Of a stretch of 58,982 bases of DNA, positions 44,740 through 53,983 are shown piece after piece. Numbering within the stretch: the first letter of the stretch is position 1; each line of letters begins with the position of its first letter. Under the pieces are notes generated by a model. That model saw only the letters and a list, made by a program, of their open reading frames with translations, was not told the DNA's origin and did not search any database. The position numbers were made by a program, and so were the translations under genes. Source of the DNA: a virus (taxonomy: Duplodnaviria > Caudoviricetes); IMG/VR virus record IMGVR_UViG_3300007539_000021, positions 1 to 58,982 of that record. The stretch is one strand, 5' to 3'.

Positions 44740-45205
44740 CTTCTACCTCAAAATTATATTCAATGAAAATCGCTAACTTAGACCAATCTCTATCTTTAAC
44801 CCAATTCCAAAAACCTGCACGACCTATACCTTCAATGCCATCACAACCATCTCTTTTACCTACTTCCTCTAAAGCATCAAGAACAGTTGGTGCCCAACCT
44901 TCCATGTTATTACCTGTTATATGCTCTACGCTCAACATGGTTTTGCCTGTTGGATAAACTATTTTTTGTGTGACTGCAATACCACGAATATCAAACGAGC
45001 CTGTATCATAAATAATCCAAAGCCTATGACTGCCATTTAAACAATCATAAAAAATATCTTCTGGTCTAATACGACCATTAGAACGTTTGCAAGATTTTTC
45101 TAAATACTTTTTAGCTCCTTCCCAAATCAATATGAGTTGGTCATTGTTTACTATAGAAAAATCATATTCACCCGAAGGCTCTTGATTTAATGCTACGTTT
45201 GTCAT
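44726..45205 (-). CDS. GNAT-like tail-module protein
   Basis: LWII...AVTQKIVYP...GCDGIEGIGRAGFW pattern. Confidence 0.55.
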   Translation of the reverse strand: MTNVALNQEPSGEYDFSIVNNDQLILIWEGAKKYLEKSCKRSNGRIRPEDIFYDCLNGSHRLWIIYDTGSFDIRGIAVTQKIVYPTGKTMLSVEHITGNNMEGWAPTVLDALEEVGKRDGCDGIEGIGRAGFWNWVKDRDWSKLAIFIEYNFEVEDEKI

Positions 45206-46929
45206 ACGGGAAATACCTCGTTAAAGTCAATTGGTTTTACTTGTGCTGTTGTACCTGTGCCTTTCTGTCTTATCTTATCCATCATGTCATAAAGCTTAGC
45301 AGCACCAGAGTCAGTATCACCACCACCTACAATAGAAACTACATCTGCAGGAAAAATAAACTCTCCTTGTGAGACAGCTATAGTTTCGCCACCCATGTCT
45401 GCCATTACATCATCAGCTTGACCACCTTGATTGTTGCCTTCTATTTTGCCTTCTACTAATTGTGCTGAAGGTGTGTTCTCTAAAAGCACGGCTTGTCTGA
45501 AGGCACTATAAGCTTCAGCTCCATATTTATCTATAAACTCAGCTACAACGCTATCATCTTCTGACCTACCTTCAATGTAATCTCTTACTTTATTCATTAA
45601 CTCAAGGTCAGTTTCTCCACCCATATTAAATTGCATTGAGCCAAGATTAGGTATGTTAGCTAAACTTGCTACTGATGTATCTATACTTGGCACAAAGTTA
45701 TATGAAGCTTCTGCTGTATCTACTTTTTCTAGCATAGGTGGTGCAATACCTGTGTATTGTTTAAATGGGTCTACAGTCTGAGACGGCATTGGTGTATTCA
45801 TTGGAGCACCAAAACCACCTAAAGAAGTTTGAGGTGTCACAGCCAACTCTCTATTTGCTACTTCTGGTCCTTGATTTATTGCAGAGTCAGTAGGCGTTCC
45901 TAAATTTTGGAAAGGGTCAATAATATCGTTAGGATTAAAGTTTGTTGCAATCTGTTCACTTACAGGAACGTTAAGAGTGCTTGGGTCAAAATACAAAGCT
46001 TCAGGATTTATTCCCGGCAAAAACTCTGGATTTACCGGCACAGTTTTTCTTTGAGGTGCAGTCCTTACTACCTGTCCACCTTCGTTATATCCTGTTAGTC
46101 CACCCATTGCTGAATATAAAATTGGCTCAGGATTATTAAGATAGTTCATTCTTCTTTCATCTTCTGCTGCCATATCTCTAGCAAGAACATCTCTTTCAAA
46201 AGCTTCTTGTGCTTGTGTTATAGCTAATCCACCACCACCAATAGTAAGTGGAATATATGCTCCGGGTTGTGCAGCTCCTGCTGCAAGAGCATCAAAACTT
46301 GCTCTAGCTCCACCTTCAAATGGAGTAGCAAATAATTCTTTAGCTCCGGTTGCAAAATCTGCAGCAGGATTAGCTAATGAAGCAGCTCCTTGTTTGAAAC
46401 TTTCTTCTGCTAAAGTTCTTGCAGCTACATCTGTACCTTGTTTCAATGCTTCTTCAACTCCTGCTGTAGCACCCTCTTTTATTAGTTCACTAGAAATACC
46501 TTCTGCTGCCATACCACCTGCATCAGCTATAGCTGTTGCAACTCCTTGACTAGCTGCATCTGATACAGCTCCTGAAGCAGCCTGAGCTCCTTTAGCTGCA
46601 GCACCGGCTCCTTGGAATATTGCACCCAAGCCATAACTTGTAAGACCTGCCATCAAACCTTTTTTCAAATCACCTTCTAGTATTCCGGTTGCAAGACCTG
46701 AGCCAAGACCTGCACCTACAGGTCCACCAAACACACCACCTACAATACTTGCTGCAATAGGTATTGCGTCCTTCAAGCTAAATGCTTCAGGCAATCCTGT
46801 CTGTGGGTTTATTGTCATTTGACCCATTTGTGCTAACCCTGCAACTTCAGATGGAGCCATATGCACTAATGTGCTGTCTCCAAATCTTCCTTGTTGAGCT
46901 ATGTTTTTTACTTGGTTTTGTATACTCAT
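45202..46929 (-). CDS. Putative internal virion protein
   Basis: GRFGDSTLVHM...TINPQTGLPEAF; C-terminal GGQADD...SQGEFIFPADVVS..GGGDTDSGA. Confidence 0.7.
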   Translation of the reverse strand: MSIQNQVKNIAQQGRFGDSTLVHMAPSEVAGLAQMGQMTINPQTGLPEAFSLKDAIPIAASIVGGVFGGPVGAGLGSGLATGILEGDLKKGLMAGLTSYGLGAIFQGAGAAAKGAQAASGAVSDAASQGVATAIADAGGMAAEGISSELIKEGATAGVEEALKQGTDVAARTLAEESFKQGAASLANPAADFATGAKELFATPFEGGARASFDALAAGAAQPGAYIPLTIGGGGLAITQAQEAFERDVLARDMAAEDERRMNYLNNPEPILYSAMGGLTGYNEGGQVVRTAPQRKTVPVNPEFLPGINPEALYFDPSTLNVPVSEQIATNFNPNDIIDPFQNLGTPTDSAINQGPEVANRELAVTPQTSLGGFGAPMNTPMPSQTVDPFKQYTGIAPPMLEKVDTAEASYNFVPSIDTSVASLANIPNLGSMQFNMGGETDLELMNKVRDYIEGRSEDDSVVAEFIDKYGAEAYSAFRQAVLLENTPSAQLVEGKIEGNNQGGQADDVMADMGGETIAVSQGEFIFPADVVSIVGGGDTDSGAAKLYDMMDKIRQKGTGTTAQVKPIDFNEVFPV

Positions 46930-47264
46930 TATCTTTCCTCTAATGTTTCACAACCAAACGCATTGAAACTAAAGTCTCCGGTACTTGCGTATACTCTTAT
47001 TTTATCAGCCTCATTAAGAGTTATGCCAATAACAATCGTATCGGAAGTATTTGCGTTCACCGATTTGTCATAAAATAAATACTGTGGATTAGCAGTTGTT
47101 GCTCCTGCTACTGCCACAGATATTCTATAAGTTCCTGTATTACCTCTATTGCAAACAACTATAGAGCTTACAGTCGTTTGTGTTTGAGCAGGTACTGTAT
47201 AAAAATCTGTTTCTGTAGTTGCACTAGGAGCTGACTGTCCTAATACTTTTAAACTATCAGACAT
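46929..47264 (-). CDS. Small virion structural protein
   Basis: KVLGQSAPSATTETDFYTVP...VSSIVVCN...GITL...SFNAFG. Confidence 0.7.
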   Translation of the reverse strand: MSDSLKVLGQSAPSATTETDFYTVPAQTQTTVSSIVVCNRGNTGTYRISVAVAGATTANPQYLFYDKSVNANTSDTIVIGITLNEADKIRVYASTGDFSFNAFGCETLEER

Positions 47265-47463
47265 TTCCTTTAGACCCCATTAATAAAAACTGATGTCTAC
47301 GTATAGCTTTTGAAACTATTGTTGACTTCAATTCATCTATCAAACCTATGTCACTATGTATGTCTTGTATTATTTGCTCAATAGTTCTTCGAGTAATCAA
47401 TTCATTATCCATTACATATTCAGGTGTTGGTATAGGTAAAGGTATAGAAGTTTTATTAGCCAT
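47257..47463 (-). CDS. Small tail-module protein
   Basis: LPIPTPEY...; coupled to the stabilisation gene. Confidence 0.65.
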   Translation of the reverse strand: MANKTSIPLPIPTPEYVMDNELITRRTIEQIIQDIHSDIGLIDELKSTIVSKAIRRHQFLLMGSKGNV

Positions 47464-49316
47464 TATTTTTCTCCGTCAGCTCTTATATCTAATCTCAAGT
47501 CACCAAGTCTCCAACCAAAATCTCCTGATGTTGATTGTATTTTTAGTGCTGTTTGTCTAGACCTTCCTCTTGTACTTACAAAAGTAGTAGATGGAGTCAC
47601 GCTAGATGTAGAGAGTATGCTTAAATTTTCTAAAGGATATTTTCTTCCTCTTAAAATAAAATTTACTGTGTCATTAGAACTAGTAGACTCAAGGAATTTT
47701 AAATCAGGTATGACTTTAGAAATAAACATTAACTGTTCTCCGGCAGGGTCTAAATCAAAATCTGCAGTTTCTACATATGATGTAAAGCCTGAGCCATCTG
47801 CTAAATTGCCATCTTCTTGATTGTATAAATAATTTGTATTTGTATTATCTAACTTACCTGCAGCTAAAGGAAAATCTAAAGTAGGTGCTTGTGACCAAGC
47901 TGTTCTTGTATAACCATCTGCTGTTGTACCTACTGCCCAAGCATTTTCTAAATAATTATAGGAAACATATCTATCTATTTCACTACTACTTGAAGAAGGA
48001 TAAAACCAAATTATTTCATTAAAAGCAGAATTGTTTGCAGCAAAAACTTTATACTTTTGAGATTGGTTAAAGTCACTAAAAACATAATCTAAAACTGTAC
48101 ATGGCAACTTACCCACACTACCTTCAGCTTTATAAAAAGCTCCATCGTCCATAAAGAAAACTGCTGTACCTACAGCTATTCCTGCATTAGGTCCAATCAT
48201 TCCTAAACCTGTTGCAACTTCATTAAAAGAAAAATAAAACGGAGACCCAACAAATCTCATAGAAACTACACTTGTATCTGTAAACACCAAAGTTTCTTGC
48301 CTAGTTGGTATAGCTCCAATAATTTGACTACCTGAAGATAACTTTACTCCACCGGCACTATTGGTTGCTTTGGGTGTCCAATCTAAAAAAGACTCAGAGT
48401 CTGACCATCTTACAAATAAAGGGTCTACTACAGCAGAGCCTATAGGATTAGCACCAAAAGCTATACAATGTCTATCTACATCAGAAATCATTACCTGCAA
48501 TATTGAAGTTGGAATATCACTAGCTCCTCCTAAAGAACTTGCAAGAACTGCACGAGTTGTGACTCCATTGCTTTCGTCCCACAAATAAAGTGGACCACCT
48601 CTAGGTGCTGCTAAAGTATCTTCTCCAAAATTATCTATTGTCCAAAGTCTAAGTTGACTGTTTAATGCAATAGGATTTGTACTACCAAAACCACCTGCAC
48701 CCCAAGCACCTGACCCCCAACCTGAGCCTGAAACAAACGTATCAAGACCACCGGTTATTTGATATGTACCAACAGTATTAGACCCACCTGACTGACCTAC
48801 ATCATTTGCAGTAGCTGTTGCAGTAGCTGTAATCGTATATGTATTTGCAGTTGGTGTTGTTTGTATTTGATACTCTTGATTTAAAACAGAAGCAGTTATA
48901 TTACCACCTAAGGTTTGTGCTCCACTAAAAGTGACAAAGTCACCCGGATTAGCTCCATGGTTTGCATCAGTCACAGTAAGAGTGCTTGAGTTTTCTGTTG
49001 CTGCAAATGTCACATCTCCTGCAGCAGTAGTAAGTCGTATAGGAGTAATGTCATTAAAAGCATTACCTTCTTTAACATAAAGCTTTTGGTGTGTTCCAAG
49101 AATTGTGTAATTAGTTAAACCGGTATCGCTATAGTTGTGTATTTTTCTACAAGTGCCTACAAAAGTATTTGTGCTATTTTTTGTCCAACCATTAATCTTT
49201 TCAGGCACACCCTTTCTAAATCTTATTTTGTCTGAGTCAACATACCCACCATCTGCAGCATAAGCTGTAGACTCTTTATTTATTCCGGGTTTAAACTGAA
49301 ACTTTACTAATGCCAT
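47463..49316 (-). CDS. Tail stabilisation / nozzle protein (P22 gp10 / tubular B-like)
   Basis: FKPGINKE...IRFRKGVPEKINGW...DNFGED...VRWSDSE...FNEIIWFYP...WRLGDLRLDIRADG. Confidence 0.8.
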   Translation of the reverse strand: MALVKFQFKPGINKESTAYAADGGYVDSDKIRFRKGVPEKINGWTKNSTNTFVGTCRKIHNYSDTGLTNYTILGTHQKLYVKEGNAFNDITPIRLTTAAGDVTFAATENSSTLTVTDANHGANPGDFVTFSGAQTLGGNITASVLNQEYQIQTTPTANTYTITATATATANDVGQSGGSNTVGTYQITGGLDTFVSGSGWGSGAWGAGGFGSTNPIALNSQLRLWTIDNFGEDTLAAPRGGPLYLWDESNGVTTRAVLASSLGGASDIPTSILQVMISDVDRHCIAFGANPIGSAVVDPLFVRWSDSESFLDWTPKATNSAGGVKLSSGSQIIGAIPTRQETLVFTDTSVVSMRFVGSPFYFSFNEVATGLGMIGPNAGIAVGTAVFFMDDGAFYKAEGSVGKLPCTVLDYVFSDFNQSQKYKVFAANNSAFNEIIWFYPSSSSSEIDRYVSYNYLENAWAVGTTADGYTRTAWSQAPTLDFPLAAGKLDNTNTNYLYNQEDGNLADGSGFTSYVETADFDLDPAGEQLMFISKVIPDLKFLESTSSNDTVNFILRGRKYPLENLSILSTSSVTPSTTFVSTRGRSRQTALKIQSTSGDFGWRLGDLRLDIRADGEK

Positions 49317-49760
49317 TTACACCTCATGCCATTGCTCTCCTTGAAATAAAAGAGCTTCTGCTTCACGCCTTCTTACTAATCCGTTAAGTACCTCTCCTCC
49401 TGCTTTATTCCATCTTTTCATTTGATACGGAACTTCTTCATACATACCTTTATTTAAAACTTTTAGCATTGTAGAACTAGCTAAGTTTGTTGGTCCTAAG
49501 TTATATGTCCAACACACTAGTGCATCAAACTGACATTGCTCTAATTCTACATCTACTAAATCTTCTACATAGCTTTCAAACTCTTCAAGTTCTATTTCTA
49601 AAAAGGCTTCTGCTTCTTCTTTAGATATTTCCATGCCTTCAAAAACATCTTTGGTATGACCCCAACCTATTGTCCATATACCAACACTATCTTGATAGGC
49701 TGTAAGTTCTAAGCCTTCAAACTTTTTAATAAGAGCAATGCCCTCTTTAGATATCTTCAT
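49317..49760 (-). CDS. Endolysin, GH24 lysozyme
   Basis: IKKFEG...AYQDSVGIWTIGWGHT (E-x8-D-x5-T), QFDALV, GLVRRREAE. Confidence 0.92.
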   Translation of the reverse strand: MKISKEGIALIKKFEGLELTAYQDSVGIWTIGWGHTKDVFEGMEISKEEAEAFLEIELEEFESYVEDLVDVELEQCQFDALVCWTYNLGPTNLASSTMLKVLNKGMYEEVPYQMKRWNKAGGEVLNGLVRRREAEALLFQGEQWHEV

Positions 49761-49764
49761 TTTC

Positions 49765-50112
49765 TTATTCCTCGTTGGTAGTGACTTTTCTATAGTAGAC
49801 CACCACTTCTTTAAGTTCATTTATATACCTCTTTAGTTCTTGCATATTGTAAGCCATCAACTCATAGTCAGGAATTGACATAGCTACAAAGACTATTCGC
49901 CCTTCTTCTTTTTTTACTCTTTCTAAAAATTCATCAACATTAAGCTCTGATACTACAAACCAATATGGCTCATTAAGATTTATCTCTCTCGGCATGACCG
50001 GTTGAGCTATTGTTCTTTCTATAGGTTTACTTAGTATGTCAACTTGTTTAGGGATTAGACTGCAACTGTAAGCCGTCATCAAGACTATCAATAATACGGC
50101 TGTCTTGTTCAA
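49765..50112 (-). CDS. Putative o-spanin-like lipoprotein
   Basis: Signal peptide with lipobox-like AYSC; overlaps the 3' end of the upstream TM/coiled-coil gene; start uncertain. Confidence 0.55.
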   Translation of the reverse strand: MNKTAVLLIVLMTAYSCSLIPKQVDILSKPIERTIAQPVMPREINLNEPYWFVVSELNVDEFLERVKKEEGRIVFVAMSIPDYELMAYNMQELKRYINELKEVVVYYRKVTTNEE

Positions 50113-50440
50113 TGCCGTCAAATACTTCTTTTGTTCCATTGTTCACCCTCTTTTCTATTAATCCCGGTTTAGCTGCTGCTAACTTACTAAGATTATGTCG
50201 TTTGAAAATATCAAGATACCTATTCATTTCTTGTTGAATTTCTTGATTTCTTGATTGTAGTTCTACTAATCCTCTTGTTTGCATTTCAAAATCTTGTTGC
50301 ATACTCTCAATAGCTTCTTTTTGTTCTTGGTCTCTCAACTCATAAGCTCTATTCAAAGATTGCAAAGAAGAATTTTGCCAATACAAAAATCCACATATAG
50401 AAATTAAAACTGCTATTACACCTAATAAAATTTTACTCAT
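50048..50440 (-). CDS. Putative i-spanin-like protein
   Basis: N-terminal TM helix followed by a coiled coil; adjacent to the endolysin. Confidence 0.55.
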   Translation of the reverse strand: MSKILLGVIAVLISICGFLYWQNSSLQSLNRAYELRDQEQKEAIESMQQDFEMQTRGLVELQSRNQEIQQEMNRYLDIFKRHNLSKLAAAKPGLIEKRVNNGTKEVFDGIEQDSRIIDSLDDGLQLQSNP

Positions 50441-50628
50441 TGACCACAAACCATAAATAAATCATCAACTACCTGACAACTATCTCCTTCATTTAAAGTT
50501 ATAGTTCCTTCTGTTGGTTTACCTTTTTGTACTACAAATTCGTTAGTATTTTCATCAAACGCAACAATTGTTTTTGTACAGCTTATTACTAATAAAAATG
50601 TAGTTAAAATTAAAATTATTTTTTTCAT
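50437..50628 (-). CDS. Small lipoprotein
   Basis: MKKIILILTTFLLVISC lipobox. Confidence 0.65.
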   Translation of the reverse strand: MKKIILILTTFLLVISCTKTIVAFDENTNEFVVQKGKPTEGTITLNEGDSCQVVDDLFMVCGQ

Positions 50629-51743
50629 TGACTTTGCCTTATTACTATTACAGAAGAGCCACCACCATTTACTTTGACTTGATTAGTGACACCATCTTGT
50701 TCTAAAACTACTAAGTAGCTTTCTCCACTATCTATTTGTATAGAAGTAGATGACGCTACTGACCTTGTTAATTTAACTTCTTGACCAGAAACTATTGTAG
50801 TAATTTGTGTTTTCTGGTCTTGTCCTATTGTAGTCCCCTCTATATTTACTGCTGAAATTGTTTGAGTTAATTCTTCTTCATTATCTAAAACATCTAGCTC
50901 AGTAATTATATCTAATAAATCCTCTAAAAAATTTACATTCAGAGCGTCATAGTCTAATTCTGTAAACTCAAGTTCATCTTTATCCAATGAGTCATCAGCT
51001 AAATAATCTACATCTAATTCATCAAAATCTAACAAGTTATCTTCTTGTTTGCTTTCAGTATTTTCGTCTATATCTTTTTCTTCTTCAGGTGGAGCAATCA
51101 ACAACATATTATTTATAAAATCTAAAGATAAATCTAAAATAACCGGATTACTAGGTGGAGCTTCAAATACTCTGGTTGTTGTTGCTTGATAGGGTTTGTT
51201 AAGTATTACTGTACCCATTGCTGTTGTCACAGATATTTCGCCTGATGGGTTGCCATCTTCATCAGGCAATAATATAAACAAACTCTTACCTGTATCTGGC
51301 TCTACTGTTATTGTAAAGTCTGTGCCTCTAATACCTACAACTGCACTATTTGTTGTCAGTTTTATATTTTTTTTAGATATTTTATTTGTAAGGCTTGAAG
51401 TAAATCTTGCTGTACCTTTTACAAAATTCAAAGCTAATCTAGAATTATCTGGGTTTGGGTCAAATACAAATTCATCTATAACAACCATTGAGTGTTCAGT
51501 AATCCGAATACTCGTGTCGTCTATAAATCTTATACCCATACGACCTGCTTCTGTTTGTGCTTTGTCGTAAGACTGTATGCCAAAGTCTGTAATTACATCA
51601 TAACCTTTGTCACGTTCTATTCTGGCATATCCTGATACTTGTTCTACAGTTCCTATATCAACAGCTTGTGCTTGTGCCTTGGTCGTTTTGATTGACACAG
51701 AAAGTACCATTAGAGCCGTTAGAAGTAATCTTGAGCCAATCAT
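50625..51743 (-). CDS. Exported FecR-domain protein
   Basis: IGTVEQVSG...D.AQT..GRMGIRFIDDTSIRITEHSMVVIDEFVFDP...GTARF...AVVGIRGTDF; start uncertain. Confidence 0.8.
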   Translation of the reverse strand: MIGSRLLLTALMVLSVSIKTTKAQAQAVDIGTVEQVSGYARIERDKGYDVITDFGIQSYDKAQTEAGRMGIRFIDDTSIRITEHSMVVIDEFVFDPNPDNSRLALNFVKGTARFTSSLTNKISKKNIKLTTNSAVVGIRGTDFTITVEPDTGKSLFILLPDEDGNPSGEISVTTAMGTVILNKPYQATTTRVFEAPPSNPVILDLSLDFINNMLLIAPPEEEKDIDENTESKQEDNLLDFDELDVDYLADDSLDKDELEFTELDYDALNVNFLEDLLDIITELDVLDNEEELTQTISAVNIEGTTIGQDQKTQITTIVSGQEVKLTRSVASSTSIQIDSGESYLVVLEQDGVTNQVKVNGGGSSVIVIRQSQ

Positions 51744-52365
51744 TATCGAGTGTGCTTTGTTGTGTGACATTTATTGTTCTTGACCCTCCTGTATGAGTCA
51801 AATGGAAATATGCTCCCTGATAGCCGTCACCATCAAATGTCACAGTATTATCAGACCCATCTATGTTCATATAGTTTGTAGCTAAGTCTTGGTCAATTGC
51901 AGATGTAATTGAATTGTTAGAGCCATTTATTGTCCAATCTAAATCTAATGTAGAAGCTTGTGCATTAGTTGCTTGACTAAAAGTAAAAGCATTTGATGAC
52001 CCTGATACTTGTACATTTACATTAGAACTGTCTGCACCATAAGTATTGTTAGGGTCTGTCTGTATAGCAAATGTATTAGAGTCTCCGGTAAATTCAAAAA
52101 AGCCTGTATAACTATCAGCATATATATCGCCTTTAAATATATTTGAATTACCTAATTGGTTTACATCAAGTGTCATTGTTGCACCATCTAAGTCTAATGG
52201 TGTCATAGTACCTGATACAGCAGAAGCTCCACCGATTAAATTTCCAGACCCAAGCTGCTCAATATCTATATTTGCCGTAGCTCCTGCTTGGTCTATAGAT
52301 ATTTCATTGTCTGTAGCAAAAATATTTATACTTATAAAAATAATTACTGGTAAATACTTTCTCAT
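51658..52365 (-). CDS. Secreted curlin-like beta-solenoid protein (CsgA/CsgB-like repeats)
   Basis: Signal peptide; repeats of xIxQxGxxN type (ISIDQAGATAN, IDIEQLGSGN, LDVNQLGNSN, VNVQVSGSSN, WTINGSNN); directly after csgG. Confidence 0.65.
   Translation of the reverse strand: MRKYLPVIIFISINIFATDNEISIDQAGATANIDIEQLGSGNLIGGASAVSGTMTPLDLDGATMTLDVNQLGNSNIFKGDIYADSYTGFFEFTGDSNTFAIQTDPNNTYGADSSNVNVQVSGSSNAFTFSQATNAQASTLDLDWTINGSNNSITSAIDQDLATNYMNIDGSDNTVTFDGDGYQGAYFHLTHTGGSRTINVTQQSTLDNDWLKITSNGSNGTFCVNQNDQGTSTSC
52336..52363. promoter_or_regulatory. 30-bp palindromic motif, copy 9, overlapping the curlin-like start
   Basis: Minus strand (AT)GAGAAAGTATTTACCAGTAATTATTTTT. Confidence 0.55.
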
Positions 52366-53165
52366 TCTTTATAGCTCCAATATTGTTTTTCAATTCCTTT
52401 TTTTATTGTAGCAAGGATAGCCTCTTCAATAGCTGCCTGAACTGCTATCGTCACGCTTTCATTCTCTACATCACCATTTTCTATTTCAATCAATTCGGTT
52501 TTATTTTCTATAAATCTAAAAGCGTCTTGATTAGTACCAACACTTAATATCGTTTTAGATACTGTGACTTCTATAAGAACTCTGCCGGTTAAAACAGATA
52601 CAGTTCTCAAAGACAATGTGACAGTATCTTGTCTATATTGTTTTGATAAACCTATGCCTAAAAGTCTAGCTCCACGACCTCCACTTCTTGTATTAGTTTC
52701 ATAGCCGACTATAGCTCCTTCCATAATTAAACCTGCAAAAACTAATGGTTTTAATTTTTGTGGGTCATCAAATGTTTCTCTGGTACTTCTTATTAGTTGT
52801 CTTTCTTTAGTAAGATTATCTAAACCTATTCTTTCTACAACTTCAAAAAACTCTCCGTTAGATACAGCTTTCAAAGTCTTTATCAAAAGCACATATGGTG
52901 CTTGTGTGACTGCTGTGCTAAACGTAGCAAAATTACTATTACTTCTTCTTTGTCCTGTTTGGTCTGTAAAAGATGTTGGGTATATAGCTACTATAGGTTT
53001 TTTTTCTGCCGGTAAAATAGTTTCTATTTCTTTATTAATAACTCCAACTCTTTCAGCATACTTCGAAATCTTTTGATTTTGTAAAGCATCATCATAAAAG
53101 ACAGTACAGCTAGAAAGTAAAACTATTAAGAGGAAAAGTAATAACTGTTTGTTTATTAGCTTCAT
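52362..53165 (-). CDS. csgG: Curli secretion channel lipoprotein CsgG
   Basis: Lipobox LSSC; FTDQTGQ...FSTAVTQ...VVERIGLDNLTKERQLIR...EGAIVGYETN..SGGRGARLLGIG..QYRQDTVT.SLR.VSV.TG...SKTILS. Confidence 0.92.
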   Translation of the reverse strand: MKLINKQLLLFLLIVLLSSCTVFYDDALQNQKISKYAERVGVINKEIETILPAEKKPIVAIYPTSFTDQTGQRRSNSNFATFSTAVTQAPYVLLIKTLKAVSNGEFFEVVERIGLDNLTKERQLIRSTRETFDDPQKLKPLVFAGLIMEGAIVGYETNTRSGGRGARLLGIGLSKQYRQDTVTLSLRTVSVLTGRVLIEVTVSKTILSVGTNQDAFRFIENKTELIEIENGDVENESVTIAVQAAIEEAILATIKKGIEKQYWSYKE

Positions 53166-53652
53166 TGGTGACTGTCAAAGTTATATTGGTTTCATCAACC
53201 TTATAGTCAATAGTATTCCCCTCAAGTTCTATTGTTCCGTTATCTTGTGCTTCTTCTCCAAATAATTTATCAACTAATTGTTGAGATAATTTTGCATAAA
53301 CTCTTGTTTCAAAGTTTCTTATAAATCTTGCAGTTGTGGTATTTTGTTCATCTCTTTCTGCTTGTTCTACTAAAGCTTCTACTTCTTCTTGTAATGTTTT
53401 GTATCTAGTATGTTCTTGATTTTCTATTGTTAAATAGTGTTGAGATGTATTTACACCTGAAAAACTTGGAGACTTAAATTTAAAATTCATTTCATCTGCT
53501 AATGCTAGATTTACACAAAATGCTATGACTATGAATAAACCAACATACATACAAATAATTAAAGCTAAGTCTTTTTGCTCTGCTTTTTTTCTTGCAGCTA
53601 CTTCTGCCTTAGAAGGTCTGCCTCTTTTTCTTTTAATCTTTTCTTTGGTCAT
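53110..53652 (-). CDS. csgF: Curli assembly component CsgF-like, with N-terminal AT-hook-like extension
   Basis: After the TM/signal segment: DEMNFKFKSPSFSG (cf. CsgF N-terminal MTFQFRNPNFGG)...LSQQL...; adjacent to csgG. Confidence 0.8.
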   Translation of the reverse strand: MTKEKIKRKRGRPSKAEVAARKKAEQKDLALIICMYVGLFIVIAFCVNLALADEMNFKFKSPSFSGVNTSQHYLTIENQEHTRYKTLQEEVEALVEQAERDEQNTTTARFIRNFETRVYAKLSQQLVDKLFGEEAQDNGTIELEGNTIDYKVDETNITLTVTNEANKQTVITFPLNSFTF

Positions 53653-53983
53653 CTCTATCTGCCTTTGCTATTTTATCTTTCTGTACTAATTGTGGCACAC
53701 CTAACATTGTTTTTAATAATGTATCTTGTCTTATTATTTCATTGTCTACACTTCTTACTCTATCTATAAGTGATACCAAAATGCCTTGTTGTGAGTCTAG
53801 TTTCTGTTGCAATCTACCTTCCATAGCTTTTAGTTGTTCATTTACTTTGTCATCAACTACATCAATCTTAGACTCCATGCCATCTATAATTCTGTTTATT
53901 AACTTCCATACAAATATACCAAGACCTAAAGCTGCAGCTACAGGAAATCCTAACTCAGTTATTAGCCTTACTATATCGTCCAT
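53633..53983 (-). CDS. Putative holin-like membrane protein
   Basis: LITELGFPVAAALGLGIFVWKL TM helix plus coiled coil. Confidence 0.5.
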   Translation of the reverse strand: MDDIVRLITELGFPVAAALGLGIFVWKLINRIIDGMESKIDVVDDKVNEQLKAMEGRLQQKLDSQQGILVSLIDRVRSVDNEIIRQDTLLKTMLGVPQLVQKDKIAKADRDDQRKD

